DNA of 64,000 nt from Vitrella brassicaformis CCMP3155 (taxonomy: Eukaryota > Protista > Chromerida), in contig CDMY01000185.1 in assembly GCA_001179505.1 (NCBI GenBank), forward strand, positions 1 through 64,000, written 5' to 3'. This document shows, piece by piece, positions 25,888 through 37,953 of the stretch. The position numbers and the translations under genes are program-made. The notes under the pieces were generated by a model that saw only the letters and a list, made by a program, of their open reading frames with translations, was not told the origin of the DNA and made no database searches. The first letter of the stretch is position 1; every line of letters starts with the position of its first letter.

Positions 25888-26269
25888 GTGGGTGGCGAGA
25901 AAGGGCGCATTTCGGGGACATACAGAGAGGTGACGTATACCGGATGGTTATCTTGGATGCCTGCCTGCCTGCGTCAGCCCGATGTGTGTGTGAGTGATTC
26001 TCTTTCTTTTTTTGGTCTGTCCTGTCTGTCCATCGCATTTAAGTCTGTCCGTCGGTCGTCGAGTCTGCTGTGGATGGATCGATGAATCGTTTGAGTAGGT
26101 GCTCACATGCCTTCCGTCTGTCCGTCTGGCTGTCTGTCTGCTGTCTGGCTACTTGGTGGGTGCCGTGTGGCGTCACGTCAGCCATGCACAAAGGGCCGCG
26201 CACCATCGCCTTTTTCTTTTTCAATTTCGTTTGATGGCCATTGCTTATCGTCTCAGTCTCTTTTCAAAA

Positions 26270-26480
26270 GTAGCTGACACTGGCTGCCTCTGTCCTTGGT
26301 CGTTTTATGTTAGTTCCAAGTCTGCAGCCGACACGGGCTGCCTACAGCTGTCTGTCTTTTTCCTGCAGCTGCGTTTTTCCTGTTCCTGTACGGTTAAACT
26401 CTGCTTTCAGTAGCAGCTGACGCGGCTGCCGTGTTTGTCCGTCTGTTGCTTTCATTTTAAGGCAGCTGATACTGGCTGCC
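26270..26480 (+). repeat. Four degenerate approximately 18-nt self-complementary repeats (GCAGCY-GAYACN-GGCTGC) with dissimilar T-rich spacers
   Basis: Copies at 26270-26287, 26324-26341, 26413-26429 and 26461-26480. Confidence 0.65.
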
Positions 26481-27036
26481 ATCCATCCATCCATCCATCC
26501 GCCTTTTTCCCATTACTTTTTCTCGATCGTCTCACTCGCCTCGCTACGTGGCCTTTGGTGTTGTGGCCCGCCCTTCTGAACATGTGCTGTGCGCTTTGTT
26601 GTCGAGTACCCACCCCACCGATGACGTCACACGAGCGGGCACCCGCCGATCACAAATCACGCACACACACACACACACACGGAGAGTTGGACAGCCGGCC
26701 GGAAAGGCGAGCATGCATGGCTTCCGGTGGGGTGGATGTGGTGCCGTCTGGGTGCGTCGTACTCTCCGTTGACTGGCTGCGATGTGCGCTGCTTGCTCGG
26801 TCGCTGTCTGGCTTGCGGTGTGTGCAATGCATACTGACATGGTTCGACTGGCTGCGTATACCCCTCCCTCTCCCTAGCTCTAGGCGGCTGCCGTGGGTGT
26901 GGTGAAGGCTGGCACGTGCGAAGCACCTCTGCCACTCGTACATTCACGCCTGTGGCACAACGACATCGTTTACACACAAACACACACACACACACCTATG
27001 TGATTTGTCAGTCGTGTGTTGCGCCTGTGACGGAGA

Positions 27037-27368
27037 GGGGGGGGGGGGGGGGGGNNNNNNNNNNNNNNNNNNNNNNNNNNNNNNNNNNNNNNNNNNNNNN
27101 NNNNNNNNNNNNNNNNNNNNNNNNNNNNNNNNNNNNNNNNNNNNNNNNNNNNNNNNNNNNNNNNNNNNNNNNNNNNNNNNNNNNNNNNNNNNNNNNNNNN
27201 NNNNNNNNNNNNNNNNNNNNNNNNNNNNNNNNNNNNNNNNNNNNNNNNNNNNNNNNNNNNNNNNNNNNNNNNNNNNNNNNNNNNNNNNNNNNNNNNNNNN
27301 NNNNNNNNNNNNNNNNNNNNNNNNNNNNNNNNNNNNNNNNNNNNNNNNNNNNNNGGGGGGGGGGGGGG
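27037..27368. other. Assembly gap (27055-27354) flanked on both sides by poly-G
   Basis: 18 G, then 300 N, then 14 G. Confidence 0.95.
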
Positions 27369-27563
27369 AGTGTGGACCATTGTTTTTGAGAAGGGGACCG
27401 AATTGACAAGAGAAAAACTTACGTCGGAGTGTGATTGTGTGTCGATGAATGGATGGCGGATGCGTGAGCTCGACTGGTGAGAAAGTGCCCTTGAATGCAA
27501 TGCATCACTCAGTCCATGCCATGCCATTCCACCCACGAATGCACCCACCCACATACAGACCAA

Positions 27564-28379
27564 TCACTGCCCAAAGCACTCGTCCCAGAAGTCGCCCTCC
27601 AGCTTCACCAACTCAACAAACACCTGCCGCATCTGCGCCTCCGCCGCTGTGCCGCTGCACTCCTTAGCGGTGCGGTCCACTTCGCCGTACAGCCACGAAA
27701 CAAACGCGCGGAACCCATCGTTGGAGTGGAGGCCGATCCACTCGTGGAAGTAGAAGGGCAGTGAGGCGGGGGGCTTCTCTGTTGCTGCCAGCCGGACGCC
27801 CCACGAGTGGTACACCCACTCGGCGCAGAAGAGGGCCGCAATCATGGAGTGGTAGCCCTCGCCCTCGGCCCGCGCGAAGGCGTCGAGCATCTTCTGCATG
27901 GTGGGGCTGGGTGTGGCCTTGCCGGCCTCCGACTCGCTCGAGCCAAGGGCAGCGAATGACCGCAGGAAGTAGTCGTCTGCACGGCACGACACAACAGAAC
28001 ACACGTGGCAGGCCAGCATACACCACAGGTGGGTGTGCGTGAGGGTCCGTCGCTCTGGCATGGCATACTCTCTTCGGATGTGATGACTGCGAGGAAGGAG
28101 GAGAGCTTGGAGATCTGCGGCATGGCCGGCGCCGCAGCAATGATTCGCGCAATGAGCCTTGCAAAGCTCTCCAGGAAGATATAGTCCTGCAGCGCACACA
28201 GCGCACAACGGATGATACGCACAATGGCGCAGATGGTGTGCTACCTGCATCAGGTAGATCTTAAACTTTTCCTGCGGCAGAGTGCCGCCCCCGATGCCTT
28301 CGATGAATGGATGGTGCGTCGCCCTCTTCCAGTCCGCCCCAGCCGCCCTCTCCAGCTCAGCAGCGCCAAAATCAGCCAT
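27564..28379 (-). CDS. tenA: TenA/THI-4/PqqC-family protein (TenA_E-like thiamine salvage aminohydrolase), 3 exons
   Basis: WKRATHHPFIEGIGGGTL, FKIYLMQ|DYIFL, AEWVYHSW, FHEWIGLHSNDGF and LEGDFW motifs with in-frame introns. Confidence 0.9.
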   Translation of the reverse strand: MADFGAAELERAAGADWKRATHHPFIEGIGGGTLPQEKFKIYLMQVAHHLRHCAYHPLCAVCAAGLYLPGELCKAHCANHCCGAGHAADLQALLLPRSHHIRREYAMPERRTLTHTHLWCMLACHVCSVVSCRADDYFLRSFAALGSSESEAGKATPSPTMQKMLDAFARAEGEGYHSMIAALFCAEWVYHSWGVRLAATEKPPASLPFYFHEWIGLHSNDGFRAFVSWLYGEVDRTAKECSGTAAEAQMRQVFVELVKLEGDFWDECFGQ

Positions 28380-28563
28380 CGCAACCAGCGTTTGGACGCT
28401 GTGCCAAAAGATCTCTCAGCAGCGGCCGTCAAGCTCTTCTCTGCACCGCTTTCTCTCCGTTTCCCTGCCTGTCGTCGGCTTCTCGCGATCCACTTAAGCT
28501 CGCACAAGCAAACTGTGTGAAGCGGAGAAGACCCCTTTTTTTACGAGCAGTGTGACGTGCGCA

Positions 28564-29399
28564 ATGTCGTCTTCTTGCAGATCTTGGCTTTTGTGTTCGG
28601 CGGCCGTCGCTTTGCTCTTGTGTCTGACGGAGGCGAGCAAGCAGGCGCCGATCTATCCCTCCGTGGGTCAGGAGGAGCCGCCACTGCTGTGGCTGAAGGA
28701 ATTCGCGCATGCGTGGAACCGATTCGCAGCCGTCGATAACGAAACATGGTGAGAGAGGGAGAGGATGGGATGATGGGCGCTGAACACACACAGTGCGTCT
28801 GTTGGGTTGGTGTGTTTATGTGTGTGTAGGGAGCGGGCACTCAACCAGACAGTGCTGAAGGAGACGTCGGTCATGTGCGTCGCAGACGACTGCAAGCACC
28901 CCATCGCACACATGCAGGTCAGCCAGCCGCAGCACGCCACGCCCATCTGTGTGCACACGTCATGTGTGGTGGACGGCTTCAATGCCTGTGTGGTGCAGAA
29001 GTTGATGCGTGATGGTGCCGTGAAGAGCTACGGCATCATCCACACGGAGCGGACGGTGCTGACGCCCTCGACGGTGGCCTACACATGGGCACTCGCCATA
29101 CACACAGCCATGGACTGCTACGGCATGACACAGGGTCAGCCACCCCACCCCACCCCGTCCACACACCATGCCCATCACCTCTTCGTGTGTATCTGTGTGG
29201 GTGTACAGGTCGTTCAGTGGCTCGTTTCGACCCTTCCGACGGCCGTCTTGAGGTGCTGCAGGTGTACCCCGAGATGGAGTCGCACAACGACCTGTCGGTG
29301 CGGTGCCTCGACCCGCTCGACAACTGGAACAGGAAGAAGGGCGGGCCCGTTGCGGCCACCACACAGAAGGCACCCGGCAGCGGCAAGACGGAACTCTGA
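28564..29399 (+). CDS. Hypothetical signal-peptide protein, Cys-containing, ending in KTEL (ER-retention-like), 3 exons
   Basis: MSSSCRSWLLCSAAVALLLCLTEA signal; the three exons splice in frame; terminates ...GSGKTEL*. Confidence 0.65.
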
Positions 29400-31713
29400 C
29401 CTGACCGACCGACCGACCGATGCACGCAGAGAAATGAGTAGAAGGACGGGTGCGGTGCACGGGGAGCATCCAGGCGGTTGCATATGTGTGTAGCAAGCAT
29501 CCGATCGCACTTGTCAGTGTTTATACGTACCGATCTACGTGCATAGTCGTTTTTGGGGTTTTTCGTGCCAGCCTCTGTTGGCGGGCGTGGGGGTGCGAGA
29601 GCCAACCTGCCCACACAGGCAGGCAGGCAGCGCACTCACACACCTCCGCCAGTCAGTCTTTCTTCCCCTCTCTGTGGGTGGGTCTGGGTTGGTAGGATGT
29701 GTGTTCGTGTGGTGACGCGAACGAGACTGCAGACGAGGGACTGCTGATGATGGCAATTCATAAGGGTATGTGTGTATGTGTTTCGTGCTTGATTGAATTG
29801 AAACGAACCCGCGCCTCTGTTTGCTGCTGCAGCGTCCGTCCATGGCCATGCAGAGTATCAGTACCCAAGCAGACAGACAGACAGCCAAGAAAGGAAGAAG
29901 GCAAGAAGTGGATGAGTGAGTGGGTTGAGAGGATGAGACGTCAGTGCCCTCCTCTCGACCGGTCCAAGTGAGTGGGTGAGTGAGTCAGTGAGTGAGACAG
30001 ACACACTTGCAGATGAATGAAGACATGGTTAGCGGAGTGAGCGAGAGTGCAATCAGCTGTGTATGTGCACTTGGAAATTCGCGTCGTTCACACACCACAC
30101 ACACACACATTCATACACACATTCATACACACATTCATATATACGTACATAGTGTATGTAGGCAAGTGCACGGCTGTATAGAGCTGTTAAATACACCAAC
30201 CGCACGGTATCGGTCTCCCTCTTCCCTCCCCCTCTCTCCCCCACCACACCACATGACATGGGCAAGACAGACAGACAGACAGAGACGGAGAAACGTTGGA
30301 ACGAGAGGGTCAGAGAAAGAGTTGGTTGAAAATGGAGGTATGCATTGCGCGCTGCCGGCACAAACGCGCTGCACACATTCGATTCGTTCCCACGTAAAAA
30401 CACCATTCATTCATTCATTCATTCGTTCATTCCTGAGAGCTTTACACACTTCCATACATGAGCTGTGGCTCTCTTCCCTCGTCTGAGCTCGTCACGTACT
30501 ATACACACGCATACACATTCACATATGTATCATATGATCACATAAGCAGACAGGGAGATGTCACTCGCTCGCTCGCTCACTCACTACCCCACGCACGCAC
30601 AGGTACGCAACAACCCCAACCAACCCCAAAGCCAAAAACGTGATAGATATATCAGCACTCGTTCAATTCTTCTTCTTCCTCTGCCCTCTCATTCATTCAT
30701 TCATTAGAACACGCGGACACGTACATACAAATTTGGGTGTACAAACACTTATGTAAGGGTATACACGTACACGTATACACACATGTACATGTGCACACAC
30801 AAATAGCCAAGTATGAAAGCAGCCATCACATCATGCATGTGCATGTGCATGCGCCATCCATCCATCCATCCCATCGTCGAGGGTCAAAAAACGCCATATT
30901 GAACCAACAAGCAGCAGAGGAAGCACGAGTTTGAAGAGTGCACTCTAGTGGAGTGAGTCGTGTTGCGATGAGCGCACCCACCCATCGATATCTCGAGACG
31001 ACAGACGAGACGAGACAAACCTGTAAACTTCCCTTTTGGTGGTATTAAAAGTACACAGACAGTGGTAAGCAAACAAGGAAGTAATGAAGGAAGGAGACAA
31101 GGAAGCGAGTCGACAAAACCCATACAAGACAAGACCTGTGCAAAGGTGTGTGTGTGTGCAGGTGCGTATGTGTGTATGTGTGTGTGGTGTGATGCATGAC
31201 GGCCAGTCGATCGGGCCATTCTGTCGTCTGCAGCGGCCCTCCTGACGGCACGTCATGTATGTGTGTGTGTGTGTGTGTGCGTGTGGAAGTGGTGGTTAGT
31301 GTGTCATTTGACACAGCCGGCAGGAAGAATCCACGGCGGCTGTGTGAGTCGTGTGATGGAATGAGATGTGATGGAGAGTGGGGTAAGAAGCATGATGTAC
31401 GAGAGACGCGGCAAGAGCTAAGCACCGACAGGTAAAGACAGACCGACAATCCACCGAGAGCGAACGCCCGAGAAAGAGATCAGCTGCATCTGCGCCGACC
31501 GACACACGTATGCAGCGACCAACACACAGTCAGTCATTCCTAGACGCCCTTGCCTCTTTCGACACGACTGTACCTACCGTACCCTACTCACCCTCCCTGA
31601 CGACAAAAGGCACCCAGCACGAGAAGCGTGCTGTGTGCCTGCATCCGTACAGAGGGGAGAGGGGGGGAGAAACGCCCCATTCTCACCCGAGGGTGGGAGA
31701 AACGCCCCTTTTC

Positions 31714-31714
<1 letters not shown>

Positions 31715-31759
<45 letters not shown>
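31715..31759. repeat. Poly-C tract (about 45 C; poly-G on the minus strand)
   Basis: Homopolymer in a large intergenic region. Confidence 0.95.
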
Positions 31760-31761
<2 letters not shown>

Positions 31762-32612
31762 GACGCGCAAACAGGAAAAAATAACCCCACAACGAACGCA
31801 ATATACCGAGACAGAATAGGCAAATCAACGTCCTCGACCATGTACGAATCACCACACCAACCATGCGCCCATCCCATATCGATGAACGGCCTACGAGAAA
31901 CCAACCACCCCGACACGCAGACCTCACCACGGACAGACCGGCCACATCGCATCACACCACGACATCTCACCTCACCTCCCAGAGAGCGCACGCACATGCA
32001 CACCGACCGACCGACAGACAGACAGGGTACAAAATCTGTCCCCCCCATCCCTTAGCCCGTCTGTGTGTGTGTGTGTGTGTGTGTGTGCCACAGAAGCAAG
32101 AGAGTGTGTGGGGCGGTGACCATTCCGTGAATGGAGGCGACGTGAGACGCATACACAGCATATATCGTTTCATTACACACAGAGCAGCGTATGTACACAC
32201 TCATGTATAGATAGCATTAATGCCTTTCTGTGTGTCTTCTCTCTTCCCCCTACTAGCCTCTAGGCAGGCAGAAAGACACACGGACAGGCGCTTCAAACAT
32301 GCACTCGTGCACCCATCCATCCATCCATCCGTCCACTCGTTCTCTCACGCACACACAGACCCGTGCATGTAACAGCAAAACAAAACAATACACAACGTCA
32401 CGTCAGACTCTCTTTTGGCACTATCACATTGCTCGTTCGCACAGGCAGGCCTTCTTTCCATGGCCCATCTCACGTCATCTCACTCTATAGGAACTCACTG
32501 CATACACTCATAAGGGTGTGACGGCAGGGGAAACCCCACCTCGCCCATCCCCACCCTCTGCTGCGACAACGGCGAGTCGAACATCTCTAACGAAGGGCCC
32601 ACCAGTGCCTCC

Positions 32613-34717
32613 TCACCCACACCCACACTCACACCCACGCCCACCCCCCCTCCCCAACAGACCTCCCTGTCCAGCATGTGCATATCGTCTAACACATCCA
32701 GGAGGGGCGGGGGGCTGGCGGATGGCGGATGGCGAGTGGGGGTCCAGCAAGCCGCCTGGTGAGGGTGAGAAGGGGTGGTGGTTGTGGGGTTGGTGCCATG
32801 ACGTGTGTGGTGCGTTCATGGCGGCAGCCGAGTATGTGCCGAGTGACGCAGAAGAGCTGAGTGACGAGAGGGGGGAGTGGCAATGGGATGAGGGGGGCGG
32901 CGGAGGCCGTGGGACTCGCAGCCACTCATACTCATCCTGAAAAGACCAACACACAAGACGCACCACTCCACTGACACGGATGATTCCCCGGACGGACAAC
33001 CGTCTCTTTGTCTGTCTCACCTGGTCGGTCTCCCCACATGCCTTCTCAGGCTCCAAGGCGTCCATGGCGACACCTCTGCATGGCATCTCGTCTCTTGGCT
33101 GGCTGCTGATGCTGGGTGGCCGCTCGTCGGTGGCCGGTGTGGGCGAGTTAGGAGGGGACAGGAGGGGAGTGGAGGGCGGGGTGGGCAGGGGGAACTGGTA
33201 CACCTGCTGATGCTCCTGGTCCTGCTGATGCCGCTCCCGCTCCCACTCCCGCGCAGGCCCCCGACGCATCGCCACCTGCACGTCTTGCAGCCTACTGGCC
33301 TTCTCCTCACGCTCCTCATCATCGGACCACCGTGACGCCACCCTCTCACAAACACCAGCACCGTCGACCCCATTGTCGCTTTTGACGCGCATCGGCATGT
33401 CGGCACTCGCTGTGGGCGTGCTGCTGTTGCTCTGGCTTCCTGACGCGTCGGTGCCTGCGGCACAGGTGTGCTGCCGGCGCATGAAGGCCAGGGGCCGGGG
33501 GAGGGCTTCGACGGAGTCTGACTTGCGTTTCTTGCTGCTGGAGGTCTTCATGCTGGCCAGCTCGCTGCACACCAGCTGAGACAATTCACCCTGATCAATC
33601 ACACCAACACCACCACACAGGCAGACGATGAGATGAAGTCTGTGGTGCGTTTGTGTCCGGCTCACTCCTGACTGACCATGACGATGCTTTCTGAGGGTCC
33701 CCGCCTCGTTGTGGCCGAAAGCGCCATAGGAGCACAAGCAAGGGAGGGGCGGTGCAACACGCCGTCTTCTTCGTTGCATGGATGAGCAGCGGGCGGCTGC
33801 CCGATGACCTTGGTGACGATCTCGTGCATCGCCTGCAGCAGAGCGAGAGGGCTGGTGGTGGCTCGGGAGGGCGGTAGAGATGATGTTGCTGGTCGGGGCG
33901 GGGGCGGGGGCGGGAGTGAGGGAGGGGGCAGCCGGGCAGACGAGAGGCCATGACGGGTGGAGGTGGTGAAGGTGGTGGTGATGGTCTCTGGCCTTAGCAG
34001 TGGCAGCATGTGTTGTCCGTGTCCTGCGCAGGCCATCTCGTCGCCCTTGTCGTGCCTCTGCTTGAACTCCTTGATGGAGAACCCACGGCGGCTGACACAC
34101 ACTCACAGAGATAAACACAGAGGTCACGCAGCCGCTACCATTAGTCAGTCCCCCGGGCCACCCCCCTGACTCGACTCACCTGCAGAATCTGCTGATGGAG
34201 CTTTCATTGGAGCAGGCATATCCGTATTGGTTGTGCAGCAGCTCCACTACGGCCTCGAGGGTGATCTTTGGCTTGGTCTGCAGCAGGTTCTTGATGATGT
34301 CGAGCGCCGGCTCGTCCAAACTCTTGCCGCGACCAGGCCAAAAGGTCTTGGCCCGCTTGCGCGGCTCCAGAAAGCCTAGTTGAACCAGCCAGCGACGAAC
34401 AGACAACAGCAGATGGGCTGTGTGTGGCTGTGTGGCTGTGTGGCGGTGTGCTGACTGACTCGGGTCTCTGTTGGTGGCTATCATGGTTTCGACTTGCGAG
34501 ATGTATCTGGCGATGCTGCTCTGGCTGAGGTCGAACATGGCTGCTATCTCCTTCTGAGGCTTGCCAGAACGCCATAACCGATACACCTCCTGCAGCCAGC
34601 AAACCAAAACACACAGACACAGACAGACCGTTGGTCGGCCCCTCTGTACGGATCTTTTCTCGTCGAAGTGCGCACCTGTTTGAGACCGCCGGGATGGCTC
34701 TTGCCTCGCTGACCCAT
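32613..34717 (-). CDS. Paired-like / IS630-Tc1-mariner-type bipartite HTH DNA-binding protein without DDE domain
   Basis: Exons 34717-34676, 34589-34460, 34375-34180 and 34091 onward splice to MGQRGKSHPGGLKQEVYRLWRSGKPQKEIAAMFDLSQSSIARYISQ...EPRKRAKTFWPGRGKSLDEPALDIIKNLLQTKPKITLEAVVELLHNQYGYACSNESSISRFCSRRGFSIKE, followed by a low-complexity Pro/Ser/Gln/His tail. 3' end approximate. Confidence 0.75.
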
Positions 34718-34824
34718 CCCTCTTGCTGCACAGGGGAGCGGGGACGGGAAAGCAGCAGGCGCAGACGCGCGTCTGACACAACGTAAAGATCCGAGTCTCG
34801 ACGATCGCGGCCGTTAATGGAACC

Positions 34825-37217
34825 ATGTCTGTCATTGCGGAAGGAGGGGACGCCGTCGTCTTCGGTATGCTCCCCCATCACCATCCCTCCCCTTTGATAC
34901 CATACATTCGCTTCATTCTTTCCCTCTCTCTGTGTGTGCGTCTCTCTGCATGTCTGTGTTTGCAGCCCTTCTCGTGATTGTGGGCATCATCGGCACGTTA
35001 TCGCTGTACATCGGTGTCCGCGCCCTGTACCGCACATGCATCGCACCGCAGCTGAGGAACAAGGCACAACAGAGTAACGTCTTGGCCGTCTTCTTAAGGG
35101 AGAGATGCGACCATGCCGTGAGGGAGGGGTGGGTGCCGCGGCGAGTGGTCAGGGAGGCGGACGTGTTTGGCGCCCCCCTGCTGAGACAAATCCATGCGGA
35201 CGGGCCGCGGATGTGGGACGTGAAGCCACAGGTATGCACGAGCGTTGTCCCATCAATCCTCTTCATGCTGTCGTGTGGCTTCATGCTGTCGTGTGGATGC
35301 CATGCAGCCTCGGTCATCCCCTCCGCCCGACCTCTATGAGCCTCCGAGCTACCTGCTGCCCGTGTCAGTGCACCAGGAGGTGTCCACTCTGCCCCTCCCA
35401 CCACAGTCGGCCGCCTACTTCGAGACAACGCTCCTCCCACACATCACACCTGACGATGACAATGCCAATCAAGACGAGGAGGGGTCGCTCAGCGCGTACA
35501 AGAAGCCACATGGGCCGCCGATCTTTGCCGTCGGTGAGTGAGTGAGACAGGCAGCAGATGAGGGAGGGACTCGGCACAGGGTCGTTTTGGCTTGGTGTGC
35601 CAGGTGTGTGTCCGAGCCCCTACCCGCCAGACTATCTGCCGGGCCTCTTCGCACCGTCCATCGCATTACACAACTGTGCGGCAGACAAACAGCCAGGAAG
35701 AAACACAATGAAAGGGAGACATCCATCATCGTGTTGTGCCCCTTCTCTGTGTGTTCAGTGGCCTACCTAGAGGACGAGGGCCACCGTGGGTCCCGTTGGT
35801 CGCGGCCCAAGGGCGGCGAGGGCGGCATCTACAACGGCAGTGTCGACGCATGCACACCGGCGCCATTCTTCGATGTCGGCGCGACGATAGGCTGCGAGAT
35901 CGATCGAGCGCAGGGTACGCTGCTCTGTCCCTTTGAGGGTGGCATGAATGGCCTGTCTTGTGTGCTCATCGATCAGGGAGGGTGACGTTCTTTCTGTTCC
36001 GCAGCAGCAGCATCGACGGGAGTGGCGGCCAGAGGACCACAACCAGAACCAGGCGGCGGAGACAGAGAGGCGTGAGCGAGAGGACGAGGCGGCTGCTGTA
36101 TCGGGTGGTGCAGCCACACAGGGCACCGACCGTCATCACCGTCAAGGCGCCCCAATTCACTCTGTGCGTCGGGGGGGCCACACAAACGCTGCGGTGCCAT
36201 CCTGGATATGTTGTTGTGTGTGTGTTGCGTGTCGTCATGTCACACAGGCGCACCCCGCTGGATGCCTTCACGTTGGACCCTGACCGGCCGCCGGAACATC
36301 TCGAGAGCGACACCCCCGCCATGTTCGTCACTGTGGCAACAACTCACCCACGTGAGCAGCCCACACCCTTGTCCATGGCCCCGTGCACATATCTATCAAA
36401 TCTTTCTTGACCAGGTGCGGTGTCCTTCAGCGTCAATTTCGGCGAGCAGCCTTTCCTCCGCGAGGAGGGCGACGACATCGGCTTTGGCGTGCCCCTCTGC
36501 CCCTCAGCCCCCGGACACGCTGACAAGACTCGATCTGTCCGCCTTTTGCTGAAGCAGGCCATCGCCAAGACCTTCTCGCGGCCGCGAGCATCCCCTCTTG
36601 GGCGACAGGAGGTCTCCACACCTGATGACGCTGAAGAGTCGAAGGGAGAAGGGGATGTCCGTGTGGTGCTGGGGCGAGGTCGATCATCGAGCACCGCCCC
36701 ATCGGAGACTGCCACCCTGGGACCAATCCCACCCGCCCCAACATTCCACCAACCACACAGACCACCAGCCGATAGACAGCACCAAGAGCAGCAGCCATCC
36801 TATCCCAAACGTGAGAAACGGCCGTCCCTGTCTGCACTGGTGGAGGGCAACAAAATCCTCAGAGATGGCGGTGTCGGGAGTGGTGCTGGTCGTCGGGCGT
36901 CGGAGCCAGCACTGGGGGTGTCGGCCCTGCCGCCTGGATGGATGATGCATGAGGGAGAAATGTCTCCCCCTCCCTCCGCCCCGATGAGCGACTCGCCACC
37001 CCTTTCCCTACTCGCAGGCCTCACACCGCTCGACGAGAGAAGACGGCCGACCATCACGTCAACCACCACACACCAGCCAGCGATGCGGCCAGTGGTGTCT
37101 CCTACTCTTCACGCGGCCAGCCGTTCGCCGCCGGCATCGTGGGCTCCTCCCGCCAGAGGGCCGTCGATGGAGATCGACCTGCTGCCGCCACCAGCTGCTG
37201 CTGCCAGCAGGGGCTGA
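34825..37217 (+). CDS. N-terminal TM + SPRY-domain protein (Ssh4/Ear1-like)
   Basis: MSVIAEGGDAVVF|ALLVIVGIIGTLSLYIGV TM helix; SPRY motifs AAYFETT, IFAVG, PYPPDYLPG, GATIGCEID, VTFFL and SVNFGEQPF. Confidence 0.75.
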
Positions 37218-37953
37218 TGGAGTGCCTGACGAAGACGGGTGAGGCATTCATGGAGAGGGAGGGAAGTGCATTGATTGGATGTGATCGCACGTTTGTGCAG
37301 CCGTCTTGCTTTCGTGTGCTGCATGGCGACTGGTGGCTTGTTCTGTAGCTTCGTTAATGGCCTATTTTCCCTTCCTTGGGCAGACTCTTTGTTCAGTGCC
37401 TCTGTCCTGGACTGTCCATGTGTGACCATCCAAATCGTCTCAAGTCAGGACCACACACAGGAACACGACACCGTGCGGCTCGCAGAGAGCAGCGCAGACA
37501 GACACAAAATCAGTGCAGAAAAAACAGCTGCACGGCCGACGGTATCCTGTGCACCAAATACGTGGGTGCGCGACTTTCGCTTGCATTGCCGAAGAAACCG
37601 AGGAAGAATAGTTCAACTGTCGGCACGGATGTATGGGATATCACAAAACAAGCTCAGCTCGACGGCAAGCAGGGCAGATGTCGGCAAGCAGTGCCCTCCC
37701 TGATTGATAAAGGAAAGAAAATAAAAAACCACCGATTTGGGAACCTCGAGAAACACAGCAGGAGAGCACGCCGATGAGCTATTGCATGGACTGCCCTATG
37801 TATATCTGTGTACCATTAGCCATTCCCAGGCACTCATCTCATCATGCACGTGGTCCTACACTACCACGCCTAAGCACACGCAGAAAGTCCTATGCTGTGC
37901 ATATACATACCGTCCCCTTGCTAGGAATGACCACAGCAAACACCCATACAGCG

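Noticed and set aside
26270-26480. CRISPR-like appearance (repeats with unique spacers)
   Set aside because: Eukaryotic context, degenerate repeats of only about 18 nt, irregular spacer lengths and no cas genes
31715-31759. Long poly-C, and poly-G flanking the 27-kb gap, as functional G-quadruplex elements
   Set aside because: G4 potential is real, but tract lengths are unreliable in the assembly and nothing links them to a function here
37376-37777. 133-aa Lys/Arg-rich ORF with lower GC between convergent genes
   Set aside because: No recognisable motif, splice structure or transposon hallmark; probably 3' UTR or intergenic
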